Assembly (NCBI RefSeq): GCF_003324675.1 | Contig: NZ_CP030918.1 | Coordinates: forward strand, 2,580,001-2,612,000 | From: Paracoccus suum | GTDB lineage: Bacteria > Pseudomonadota > Alphaproteobacteria > Rhodobacterales > Rhodobacteraceae | Reading direction: 5' to 3' | Length of the DNA: 32,000 nucleotides | Shown: positions 7,205-15,863 of the stretch, piece by piece | Position numbering within the stretch: the first letter of the stretch is position 1 | Layout: each line of letters starts with the position of its first letter | Position numbers and translations under genes: made by a program | The notes under the pieces: generated by a model | Told to the model about the DNA's origin: nothing | Database searches by the model: none | Seen by the model: the letters and a program-made list of their open reading frames with translations, nothing else

Positions 7205-9265
7205 ATGGCGCAGGGCGGCGAAACCACGCGCCGCCTGTGCGTCTACACGGCCGGCTTCTGGCGCGGGCCGCGGCTGGCGCGGATTCTGCAACTCGCAGGC
7301 TGGCACGTAGCTCTGGGTCTGCCGCGCGAGGGCGACGCCGTCGGCGGTTGGGGGGCCAGCCCCCGCGCCTGGCGCGGCGCGGCGGTGGCACGGCGTCGCA
7401 ATGTCCCGCTGGTACGAATCGAGGATGCCTTCCTGCGCTCGGTCCTGCCGGGACGCGCGCGTGGCACACTCGCGCGGCGAGGGCCGCTGGGGCTGCTGAT
7501 TGACCCGGTAGGGCTACATTTCGATCCCAGCGCCCCCTCGCTGATCGAGACGCTGGTGACCGACGGCGCTGCCGCCGGCAAAGTCGCCGAGGCTGAGGCT
7601 ATGATCGCCCGGCTGCAGGCGGCCGATCTGTCCAAATACAATGCCCATGACCCCGCCGCCGCGCCAGCCCTGCCGCCCGGCTATGTGCTGGTGATCGACC
7701 AGACCCGGGGCGACGCCGCGCTGCGCGGGGCGGATGCCGCACTGTTTCGCACCATGCTGGCCGCTGCGCGGACCGAGAATCCTGGGCAGCCGATCCTGAT
7801 CCGCACCCACCCGGAAACCGCGGCCGGCCTGCGCCCCGGCCACCTGACCACCGCCGATCTGCGCCCGGGCGATGCGCTGTGTGATCGTCCGGTGTCGCCT
7901 TGGCGGTTGGTACGCGACGCGGCCCGGGTTTATGCGGTCTCCTCGCAACTCGGGTACGAGGCCATGCTGTCGGGCCATCGCCCGCGCCTTTTCGGCCAGC
8001 CGTTTTATGCCGGCTGGGACCTCAGCGATGACGAGCCCGGCGAGGCTGACCTGTCGCGCCGCGGCAGCGCTAGCCGAGCCGAACTGTTCGCCGCCAGCCA
8101 CCTTATGGCGCCGGTCTGGTATGATCCCTGCCGCGACCGGCTGACCGATTGCGAGGGTGCCGTCCGACAACTCGAGGTCGAGGTGGAGGCCTTCCGGCAG
8201 GACCGCCACGGTCATCTCGCCTACGGCATGCGGTTGTGGAAACGCGGGGGAATTGCCCGCGCTTTCGGTCAGGGCGGGCGGGTCCGGTTCACCGACCGGC
8301 CGTCGGGGAAAGTCACGCTCGTCTGGGCCAATCGCGCCGCCGCCCTGCCGCCGCGTCCTGCCCCTGCTGGGGCAAAAGATGGTGCGGCATCGCATTTATT
8401 GCAGGTGGAGGACGGCTTCCTGCGCTCGCGAGGCCTTGGCGCGGCACTGACGCCGGCCCTGTCGCTGGTCGCCGACGACCTTGGCATCTACTACGACCCC
8501 ACCGGCCCAAGCCGTCTCGAAGCCCTGATCCGTGCCCCACTACCCCCCGGCGGTGCGGCGCGAAGCGAGGCGCTGATAGCTCGCCTGCGAGCCGAGGGAA
8601 CCAGCAAATACAACCTCTCCGGCAGCGCGCCCGAAATCGTGGCGGCGGGACGACGGGTGATCCTCGTGCCCGGGCAGGTCGAGGACGACGCCTCGATCCG
8701 CCTCGGCGCGGGCCGGGTGCGGACCAACCTCGGCCTCCTCGCGGCGACGCGGGCGGAAAATCCGCACGCCTTCATCGTCTGGAAGCCCCATCCCGATGTC
8801 GAGGCCGGCCTGCGTCCCGGTGCTGTCCCCGCGCACGCCCTCGCCGGGCTTGCGGATGTCACCGCCCCAGGGGCCAATCCGGCAGCCCTCCTTGCCCAGA
8901 TTGACGAGGTCTGGACCATGACCTCGACTCTCGGGTTCGAGGCGCTGATCCGCGGCGTTCCGGTCGTCACCCTGGGCGCACCTTTCTACGCCGGCTGGGG
9001 CCTAACGCGTGATCTGGACACGGTGCCGGAGCGCCGCCAGTCGCAGCACGATGGGCCGGCTGGCCGGCCGGACCTGCGCCGCCTGGTCCACGCGGCCCTC
9101 ATTGCCTACCCCCGATATATGGACCCACGCTCGCATCTGCCCTGCCCGGTCGAGGTGGCGCTGGACCGGTTGGCTGACCCCAGCCGTCCCGCGGGCGGCC
9201 CGATGCTGCGGCTGCTGGCCAAGGCGCAGGGCGCGCTCGCCTCGCAGGCCTGGCTGTGGCGCTAA
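7205..9265 (+). CDS. kpsC: Capsule polysaccharide biosynthesis protein KpsC (duplicated Capsule_synth domains)
   Basis: ORF 7100..9265. I chose ATG 7205 (MAQGGETTRRLCVYTAGFW), 5 nt after the OPX stop, giving 686 aa. The two halves carry parallel motifs: RIEDAFLRS / QVEDGFLRS, IRTHPETAAGLRPG / WKPHPDVEAGLRPG, and SSQLGYEAMLSGHRPRLFGQPFYAGWDL / TSTLGFEALIRGVPVVTLGAPFYAGWGL. Confidence 0.85.
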   Translation: MAQGGETTRRLCVYTAGFWRGPRLARILQLAGWHVALGLPREGDAVGGWGASPRAWRGAAVARRRNVPLVRIEDAFLRSVLPGRARGTLARRGPLGLLIDPVGLHFDPSAPSLIETLVTDGAAAGKVAEAEAMIARLQAADLSKYNAHDPAAAPALPPGYVLVIDQTRGDAALRGADAALFRTMLAAARTENPGQPILIRTHPETAAGLRPGHLTTADLRPGDALCDRPVSPWRLVRDAARVYAVSSQLGYEAMLSGHRPRLFGQPFYAGWDLSDDEPGEADLSRRGSASRAELFAASHLMAPVWYDPCRDRLTDCEGAVRQLEVEVEAFRQDRHGHLAYGMRLWKRGGIARAFGQGGRVRFTDRPSGKVTLVWANRAAALPPRPAPAGAKDGAASHLLQVEDGFLRSRGLGAALTPALSLVADDLGIYYDPTGPSRLEALIRAPLPPGGAARSEALIARLRAEGTSKYNLSGSAPEIVAAGRRVILVPGQVEDDASIRLGAGRVRTNLGLLAATRAENPHAFIVWKPHPDVEAGLRPGAVPAHALAGLADVTAPGANPAALLAQIDEVWTMTSTLGFEALIRGVPVVTLGAPFYAGWGLTRDLDTVPERRQSQHDGPAGRPDLRRLVHAALIAYPRYMDPRSHLPCPVEVALDRLADPSRPAGGPMLRLLAKAQGALASQAWLWR

Positions 9266-9322
9266 CCCGTCCGGCGTGCTAGCGCGGCGCACCGAAAACA
9301 CACCGCCAACGGAGGCTGAGCC

Positions 9323-9922
9323 GTGTTCGACTGGATCGCTGCGCTGATAGACCGCGTAGGTCCCCTCGGGGTCGCGCTGCTGATGTTCGCCGAGAACGTC
9401 TTTCCACCTATTCCGTCCGAACTGATCATGCCGCTGGCCGGATTCAACGCTGCGCAGGGCCGGATGGGGTTGGTCAGCGTCATCATCGCCGGCACCATAG
9501 GCAGCGTTGCCGGCGCGACGCTGTGGTACGCCCTCGGCCGCGCCGTCGGCCCGGAACGAGTGCGGCGTCTGGCCGAGCGACACGGTCGCTGGCTGACCAT
9601 TACCCCGGCCGAAGTCGACCGCGCTCAGGTCTGGTTTGACCGTCACGGCGCATTGGCCGTCCTTTTCGGGCGCCTGGTGCCTGCGGTCCGGACGCTGATC
9701 TCGATCCCGGCGGGCCTCGCACGGATGCCGCTGGGTCCGTTTCTGCTGTGGTCGACCCTCGGCAGCCTCGGCTGGACCACGCTTCTGGCGGTCGCCGGCT
9801 GGATGTTGGAGGGGGCGTATACGCGCGTCGAGGGTTGGGTCAACCCGATCTCGACCGCGGTCGTGATCGCCCTTGTCGCCATCTATATCTGGCGCGTCGT
9901 CACCTGGGGCCGCCGCCGCTAA
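9323..9922 (+). CDS. DedA-family (SNARE-associated/VTT domain) inner-membrane protein
   Basis: ORF 9323..9922 with a GTG start and GGAGG 8 nt upstream. LMFAENVFPPIPSELIMPLAG and FGRLVPAVRTLISIPAG match the DedA signature as I remember it. There are several hydrophobic helices. Confidence 0.8.
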   Translation: MFDWIAALIDRVGPLGVALLMFAENVFPPIPSELIMPLAGFNAAQGRMGLVSVIIAGTIGSVAGATLWYALGRAVGPERVRRLAERHGRWLTITPAEVDRAQVWFDRHGALAVLFGRLVPAVRTLISIPAGLARMPLGPFLLWSTLGSLGWTTLLAVAGWMLEGAYTRVEGWVNPISTAVVIALVAIYIWRVVTWGRRR

Positions 9923-9928
9923 CTGGCG

Positions 9929-9944
9929 GCCTGCGAAAGCAGGC
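9929..9944. terminator. Small GNRA-loop hairpin between convergent dedA and the vWA-membrane gene
   Basis: GCCTGC-GAAA-GCAGGC, a 6-bp stem, lies 7 nt after the dedA stop. There is no T-tract. Confidence 0.25.
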
Positions 9945-9990
9945 AGACGTGTGATCGCGCCGTTCCAATCTTCGGGACACCAAAGAGCAA

Positions 9991-12126
9991 TCAGGCGCGC
10001 GCAGTGCGCCCCTCGCGCAGCCATCCGGCCAGCATCAGCGCCGCGATCAACAGCAGCCAGCCCCAAGGCGGCAGCAGCGGGCGCTGGGTGCGGCCGCCGA
10101 CGGTTTCCGCCCCGCGCGGAGTCAGGGCGATCCAGTCTGCGCCGACCCCACGCCCATAGGCAGGCCGTCCCGGCCGGGCAAGGCGCAGGCCGGGGACTCC
10201 GTTGGACAGCTGCATCACCGCCCCGCCGCTGGCCTTGGCGAGCGCCCCGAGGGCACCCGCATCCGCCACGGTCTGCTCGAACTCACGCGGGGCCGCCGGA
10301 CCCACGGCGATCACGCGCCGCAAGTCGCCTTGCGCCAGGCGATAGAGGCCCGGTGCCGGCGCCGGCCAGTCGGCGGAAAAGCGGCCGGGACCGGCGGGGC
10401 TGAGGGTAACCTCGGACCGGGTGCCGTCGGGCGCGGTGATGATAACCGGCGGGACGTCTTCCTGCAGGGTGCGGCGGGTCAGCCGCATCAACAGGCCAGC
10501 GCCCGCGCTATCGCCGCCGGCGATGTCGGCCTCAAGCGCCTCCTCCTCCAGCTCCGGCTCTTGCATGGACCAGTGGGCGATGCGGCGCAGCAGTTCCAGT
10601 TGCGGGCCGCCCCCCTCGAAGCCGCGCGCCCAGAGCCAGGGCTGGTCCGAGGCTAGCAGCGCGACCCGCCCCTCGCCGGCGCGCTGCAGGATCAGCAGCG
10701 GCTGTGGCCCGGGCGTGCCGCCGGCGGTCATGACCACTTCGGCTCCCGGCCGGGGCACGGTTTCGATCATGCGCAGCCAGCGGCCCCAATGCGCGTCGCT
10801 TCCCGACTGCGGCGCGCCCGGCAGCCCTGCGGTCACGGGATGCCGGCGGCCGATGTCGGTCAGTTCCGGCGTGAAAGGCTGCTCGATCACCCGTCCGGTG
10901 GCGTCCGCCGGCAGGATGTCGCCGAGGCTGGTCATGCCCAACCCCTCGACCGAAGCCAGCTCTGGGCCGGCCGAGACAAGAATCGCGCCACCCTTCTCAA
11001 CGTAGTCGCGGATGCTGTCGAAATATTCCGGCGGCAGGATGCCGCGCTCACGGTAGCGGTCAAAGATGATCAGGTCGAAATCGTCGATCCGTTCGAGAAA
11101 CAATTCGCGCGTGGGAAAGGCGATCAGCGCCATCTCGTCGACCGGAACGCCGTCGCCTTTTTCCGGCGGACGCAGGATTGTGAAATGGATCAGGTCAACG
11201 GCCGCGTCCGATTTCAGCAGGTTGCGCCAGGTCCGCTCGCCCGGATGCGGCTCGCCCGAAACCAGCAGGACCCGCAGGCGGTCGCGCACGCCGGTGATGG
11301 TCACGGCGGCCGCATCGTTACGGTCGGTCAGTTGTGGCACCTCGCCCGGCGCGGGCGGCGGCGGCGGGTCCAGAGACAGCGCGACGACGTTGGCACCAGC
11401 GTGCCGGGGCTGGACCGCAATCTCCAGCGGCATCCCCGGTGGCACGGCGATGGTCTGCGCGTCCGCGCCGTCCAGCGAGACGCGGAGCGTCGCGGGCCGA
11501 CCCTGCATCGAGGGCGGAACGGCACCCTGATCCTCGACGCGCAGCCGCAGTGTGACGCGCGTATCGATCAGGCCAAAGGCGGGCGCCTCGTCAATCACAA
11601 GCCTGCGGTCCCAATCGGACGGTTGGCCGGTCAGAAGCACATGCACCGGCGCGGGCGCGTCGGCTGGCAGGGCCGCGGGGTCGTGCAGGCGCCCGTCGGT
11701 CAAGGCAATGATGCCCGCCACCCGGCCCTCGGGTTCGGCCGCCAAGGCACGGTTCAGCGCAGTGCCGAGGCGCGTGCCGTCAGGGTCATCGCCGACGGTG
11801 ATGCGCCGCAATTCGGTCTCCGGCAGGGCGGTGATGGCGCGGCTCAGCTGGTCTGCCGCGGTTTCCATCTGCGCGGTGCGTCCGGGTAGCGACTGGCTGG
11901 CGCTGCGATCCTCGAGCAGCAGGACGATATCACCAAGGCCTCGCCTGACCGCGGTGTCGAGAGCGGGGCCCGCCAGTGCGCAGGCCAGCACCACCCCCGC
12001 CGCAGCGCGCCACGGCCAGCCGCGCAGACCCCGGGACAAAGCCCAGGCCGCCGCGGCCAGCGAAAGCACGGCCAAACCGGCGATGACCGGCAAGGGCAGC
12101 GCCGGATCGAAGGCCAGCCCGGTCAT
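9991..12126 (-). CDS. Large membrane-anchored protein with vWA-like domain (intact MIDAS), last gene of the MoxR operon
   Basis: ORF 9991..12126, 711 aa. Two N-terminal hydrophobic helices (PVIAGLAVLSLAAAAWAL, AAAGVVLACALAGPAL). These are followed by IVLLLEDRSASQSL (DxSxS, nt 11896-11910), GTRLGTAL and IIALTDG, a full MIDAS-like set. There is a C-terminal anchor (WGWLLLIAALMLAGW). The start overlaps the upstream stop as ATGA (12123-12126). Confidence 0.75.
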   Translation of the reverse strand: MTGLAFDPALPLPVIAGLAVLSLAAAAWALSRGLRGWPWRAAAGVVLACALAGPALDTAVRRGLGDIVLLLEDRSASQSLPGRTAQMETAADQLSRAITALPETELRRITVGDDPDGTRLGTALNRALAAEPEGRVAGIIALTDGRLHDPAALPADAPAPVHVLLTGQPSDWDRRLVIDEAPAFGLIDTRVTLRLRVEDQGAVPPSMQGRPATLRVSLDGADAQTIAVPPGMPLEIAVQPRHAGANVVALSLDPPPPPAPGEVPQLTDRNDAAAVTITGVRDRLRVLLVSGEPHPGERTWRNLLKSDAAVDLIHFTILRPPEKGDGVPVDEMALIAFPTRELFLERIDDFDLIIFDRYRERGILPPEYFDSIRDYVEKGGAILVSAGPELASVEGLGMTSLGDILPADATGRVIEQPFTPELTDIGRRHPVTAGLPGAPQSGSDAHWGRWLRMIETVPRPGAEVVMTAGGTPGPQPLLILQRAGEGRVALLASDQPWLWARGFEGGGPQLELLRRIAHWSMQEPELEEEALEADIAGGDSAGAGLLMRLTRRTLQEDVPPVIITAPDGTRSEVTLSPAGPGRFSADWPAPAPGLYRLAQGDLRRVIAVGPAAPREFEQTVADAGALGALAKASGGAVMQLSNGVPGLRLARPGRPAYGRGVGADWIALTPRGAETVGGRTQRPLLPPWGWLLLIAALMLAGWLREGRTARA

Positions 12127-13052
12127 GGCGCCACCCCGGACCCGCCAAAACCATTGGAACCGAAGCCGTCGGCGGGAAGATCGCGTGGCGGCAAGGCATC
12201 GGGCGGCAGATCGCCTGCCTCAAGTCCCAGCCGGCCGAGCAGCGCCGGGACATGAACCTGATCGGATTTATAATTGCCCGTAAGGAAATACATGACGATG
12301 TTGATGCCAGCGCGCAGGGCCATTTCGCGCTGACGCTCGCCGTCAAAGCCGCGGCCGACGGTGAACATCGGCAGGCCGTTCGCATCCACTGCCCAAGCCT
12401 CGGCCCAGGCATTGCCGCCGATGATGACCGGCGAGACGCCGTCATTGCGACTGGGCAGCGGGCCCTCGGCGGCATCGGGCGGGCTGGTCGCCTCAACCCA
12501 GACCGGCTGGCCCTGGTAGCGGCCCGGCAGATCCCGCATCAGGTAATAGCTTCGGGTCAGCACGTGATCGGCCGGTAGCGGCGCCAGCGGCGGCACCTCC
12601 AGCGGGGCGGCGAGGCGGCGCAGCGCCTCCGAGGATTCGGGGCCGGCCAGCCCGGCGATGTCGCCGTCGCGGGTGTCGAACAGGATAACCCCGCCGGTGC
12701 GCAGGAACTGGTTCAGCCGCAGATAGGCTTGTGGCGAGGGCGAGGCCTGACCCTCGGTGACGGGCCAGTAGAGGAAGGTCAGCAAGGTCAGATCGTCGCT
12801 GTCCAGATCGACCGCGACCCGCGGCCCCGGCTCGACCGTCGTGCGTTGCGCCAGCCCGGCGCTGAGCCCGGCGAGCCCGGCCGCCGCAGTCCGGTCGATC
12901 TCGGGATCGCCAGTCAACACATGGGCAAGCGCCACCTTGTCAGCGGCAGCGACCAGGCGCGGGTCGGGCTCGGGCTGCGACTGCGCAGCGACGGCACTGG
13001 CGGCCAACGCTGCGGCGAGCAGCCCCAGAGCCGTGCGGCGGGTGACGCTCAT
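12123..13052 (-). CDS. DUF4159-family protein with Tat-like signal peptide
   Basis: ORF 12123..13517. I chose ATG 13052 (MSVTRRTALGLLAAALAASAVAAQS), which overlaps the upstream stop as ATGA (13049-13052). The longer ORF is Arg/Gly shadow sequence inside the upstream gene. LAHVLTGDPEIDR ... GGVILFDTRDGD ... INIVMYFLTGNYK matches my memory of DUF4159. Confidence 0.7.
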   Translation of the reverse strand: MSVTRRTALGLLAAALAASAVAAQSQPEPDPRLVAAADKVALAHVLTGDPEIDRTAAAGLAGLSAGLAQRTTVEPGPRVAVDLDSDDLTLLTFLYWPVTEGQASPSPQAYLRLNQFLRTGGVILFDTRDGDIAGLAGPESSEALRRLAAPLEVPPLAPLPADHVLTRSYYLMRDLPGRYQGQPVWVEATSPPDAAEGPLPSRNDGVSPVIIGGNAWAEAWAVDANGLPMFTVGRGFDGERQREMALRAGINIVMYFLTGNYKSDQVHVPALLGRLGLEAGDLPPDALPPRDLPADGFGSNGFGGSGVAP

Positions 13053-15010
13053 GCCGCAACCCCCCGCGCGTGCCGTCCTGGCCCGCGTTGCAGGCGAACA
13101 CTCGCGAGCGCGTCGATTGTGAGTGCAACCAGCGCCAATGCCAATGCCCAGCCAAACAGGGGCGTGCTGGCCTGTCCGCCGTCGGCTTCCACCACTGCGC
13201 CGGCCCAACTTGCCGCGACCAGAGGGACGGCGCCTGCGTTGACGGCCCGCCGCCGCTCGCCCGCGGCATAAAGGCCCGCCGGGACGCCGGGCTTGGGCGC
13301 GGTCGCCAGCTCGGCCGTACTGACCGTGGCCAGATCCTGCGGCCGGGCGTCCGGCGCGGCGCGGCCGAAGCCGTCGAGCACCGCCTCGGCCGTCCAGGTA
13401 ACGGCGGTGTCGGGCTCGCGCGCGGATTGCTGGTCGTCGGCGGTACCAAGTCGGGCCTGATCGACCAGCCGGGTCAGCATCTGCACGAAGATGCCCGACA
13501 GCGGCAGATCGGACCAATCGGCACTGGCGGTCACGTGGAACAGCACGACTTGACCTTCCCCGTCGGTCCGGCGGGTGACAAGCGGGGTCGCGTCGGAGAG
13601 CTGGGCCAGCACTCGGCCGGCCAGATCGGGGTCGGGCTCTGCCATCAACTGGGCGCGCACCCGCACCTCGGCCTTGGCATCAAGGCCGGCGAACGGCCCA
13701 TCGGCGGCGAAGGGCGCCAGGCCCCGGGGCGCGCCCCAGCTCAGCGCGCCGCCGATGTCGCGCCCGCCGGGACGCAGGCGCACCGGCAATAGGGGATCAT
13801 CGTTCAGCGTCACCGCCCCCGCCATGCGCGGACCGGCAAACCGGATCAGCGTGCCGCCCTGCCGCACCCACTCGACCAGGCGGGTGTCGTCCGCAGGAAC
13901 GATGGTGTCGGCGAGGACGATCACGTCCGGCGCCGCCTGCAGCACCTCGGCGGTGCTGCCTTCGACCAGATCAGCCCGCGGGGCGAGCGCCTCGCGCAGG
14001 TAATGCAGCGGCGAGAGCAGCGCCTGCCCCTCGGCCGCGCCTAACGGCCCGACCAGACCGACCTTGCGCCGCCGCGTGCGCTCGTCCGCCAACCAGACTG
14101 CGCCAGCGGAACTGACCCCCTCGATCTCGAACCGGTCAACGCGATTGCGCAACTCGGGCGGCAGATCGACCGGCACTGGAAAGCTGCGCAGGCCACCGGC
14201 CTCGCGTGGCGGCCCGGCGGTCAGCCGCGCCAGAACCCGGGGTATGCCCTGCGGATCGGGACCCTGCGCCAGAATGACCGGCGCCGGCAGCGCGGGCGCG
14301 CCCGGCGTGGTGAGGGCTTGCACGCCCAGCACCGGCGGCTCGGTCGTGGCAAGCGTCAGGCTGGTGGGCGGTAGCGAGGGCGGGACTATGCGGACGGGCC
14401 CCAGACTCGCGAGCGTCGCCAACCACTCCGCGCGCGCCGGATGGTCGAGCGCGTCGGTAAGCCACAATGTCTCTACCGAGGTGCCGGCCGCCTCCAGCGT
14501 GGGGCTCGGCGCAGGGTATTGCGTCGGCCAGGGCGCGGGGGACGCGGCGCGCAGCACCGCCTCGGCCTTGTCGGCCTCGGTGAAGGGCAAGGTGCCGACG
14601 GTGCGGCCATCGGCGATCAGCAGACCGACCGGGCGCCGCCCTGCCCCGGCCAGCGCGGCCCGGGCACGGGTCACGCGCTGCTGCCAGTCCGGGGCGGCCG
14701 CCCAACCGGCGTCGAGCACGATCAGCAGCGGTCCCGTGCCGCCCGTGCCAGGCGCAGGCCGCCAAACGGGGCCGCTGAGGCCGATGATTACCGCCGCCAG
14801 CGCGAGCATCCGCAGCACCAGCAGCCACCAGGGGGTGCGCTGCGCCACCGGTGCGCGGTCCCTGAGGCCCATCAGCAGCCCGGTGCCGGGAAACTGCAAC
14901 AGCCTTGGAGTCGGCGGCAGCGCGCGCAGGATGAACCACAGCACCGGCAGGGCCGCCAGCGCTGCCAGAAGCCACGGCGCGGCAAAGCCAATGGGGCCGA
15001 GCATCAGCAT
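13049..15010 (-). CDS. BatA-N-terminal (double-transmembrane, TIGR02226-like) membrane protein with degenerate vWA-like segment
   Basis: ORF 13049..15010, 653 aa. The N-terminus FAAPWLLAALAALPVLWFIL ... PWWLLVLRMLALAAVIIGL gives two TM helices, as in the aerotolerance BatA N-terminal domain. Next comes LLIVLDAGWAA at the position where a vWA DxSxS would sit. There is a C-terminal anchor (LFGWALALALVALTIDAL). The gene starts 10 nt after the DUF58 stop. Confidence 0.7.
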   Translation of the reverse strand: MLMLGPIGFAAPWLLAALAALPVLWFILRALPPTPRLLQFPGTGLLMGLRDRAPVAQRTPWWLLVLRMLALAAVIIGLSGPVWRPAPGTGGTGPLLIVLDAGWAAAPDWQQRVTRARAALAGAGRRPVGLLIADGRTVGTLPFTEADKAEAVLRAASPAPWPTQYPAPSPTLEAAGTSVETLWLTDALDHPARAEWLATLASLGPVRIVPPSLPPTSLTLATTEPPVLGVQALTTPGAPALPAPVILAQGPDPQGIPRVLARLTAGPPREAGGLRSFPVPVDLPPELRNRVDRFEIEGVSSAGAVWLADERTRRRKVGLVGPLGAAEGQALLSPLHYLREALAPRADLVEGSTAEVLQAAPDVIVLADTIVPADDTRLVEWVRQGGTLIRFAGPRMAGAVTLNDDPLLPVRLRPGGRDIGGALSWGAPRGLAPFAADGPFAGLDAKAEVRVRAQLMAEPDPDLAGRVLAQLSDATPLVTRRTDGEGQVVLFHVTASADWSDLPLSGIFVQMLTRLVDQARLGTADDQQSAREPDTAVTWTAEAVLDGFGRAAPDARPQDLATVSTAELATAPKPGVPAGLYAAGERRRAVNAGAVPLVAASWAGAVVEADGGQASTPLFGWALALALVALTIDALASVRLQRGPGRHARGVAA

Positions 15011-15020
15011 CGGCCAGCCA

Positions 15021-15863
15021 TCACGCCGCCATCGCGCCGCTCAACCACAGCAGCGCCTCGGACGGCGCGACATCGGTCGAATGGGTACCAAAGCGCCAGC
15101 CGGCGGCGTCAGCAGCGCGGGCAAGTTCGGCCCGCCGGGCGGCGAGGCGCGCGAGATAGGCGCCGCGCAGCCCGCCGGCGTCCCGCGTGTCATGGGCGGC
15201 AGAACCTGACGGGTCACGAAACAGGACCGCGCCGTCAAAGGGAAACGCCTCCTCGGCCGGGTCCAGTACCTGCAGGATCGCGCCCTTGACGCCCAAGGCG
15301 GCGGCGTGCCCCAGGAAATCCGTCGCGAACTGCAGCGGTCCCAGCCAGTCGCCGATCAGCAGCGCGCGAAAGCCGGGGCGCAGCGTGGCAGGGTCCGGGT
15401 CCGGGCCTTCCGTGGTCATCAAGGCTTGCGCAATATGCGGCAATTGCGTGCGCCCCGGCCGCAACGACGCGCCGAGAACACCGACCCGCTCGCCCCCGCG
15501 CAGCAGCAGAACCGCCATCGTCAGCGCGATCAACCGCGCGCGGTCGGCCTTGGTCGGGCGATCCGGGCCGCCGCGCCAGTCCATGTCCGCGCCGCCCGCA
15601 ACCCACAGCGCCGCCGCTTGCGGGCTGAGCCGCTCGCGGTCACGAACGAAATCAGCGTCGCCCCGTGCGCTGCGGCGCCAGTCGATGGCACTGGCGCTGT
15701 CGCCCTGGGTCGCGGGGCGGTACTGCCAGAACTCCTCGCCCGGGCCCACGCGGCGCAACCCGTGCGCGCCCGACAAAGCCTGCGCCGCCAGTCGCTCGGC
15801 AGCCAGCACCAGCGCCGGCCAGCCCTCGGCCTCGGCCTCGGCGCGGGCGCGCAGGTCACTCAT
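15021..15863 (-). CDS. DUF58-domain protein (MoxR partner)
   Basis: ORF 15021..16085. I chose ATG 15863 (MSDLRARAEAEAEGW), which overlaps the MoxR stop as ATGA (15860-15863). GPGEEFWQYRPATQGDSASAIDWRRSAR is the DUF58 core motif as I remember it (G-x-EF-x-x-R-x-Y-x-x-GD-x-x-x-IDW). Confidence 0.75.
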   Translation of the reverse strand: MSDLRARAEAEAEGWPALVLAAERLAAQALSGAHGLRRVGPGEEFWQYRPATQGDSASAIDWRRSARGDADFVRDRERLSPQAAALWVAGGADMDWRGGPDRPTKADRARLIALTMAVLLLRGGERVGVLGASLRPGRTQLPHIAQALMTTEGPDPDPATLRPGFRALLIGDWLGPLQFATDFLGHAAALGVKGAILQVLDPAEEAFPFDGAVLFRDPSGSAAHDTRDAGGLRGAYLARLAARRAELARAADAAGWRFGTHSTDVAPSEALLWLSGAMAA

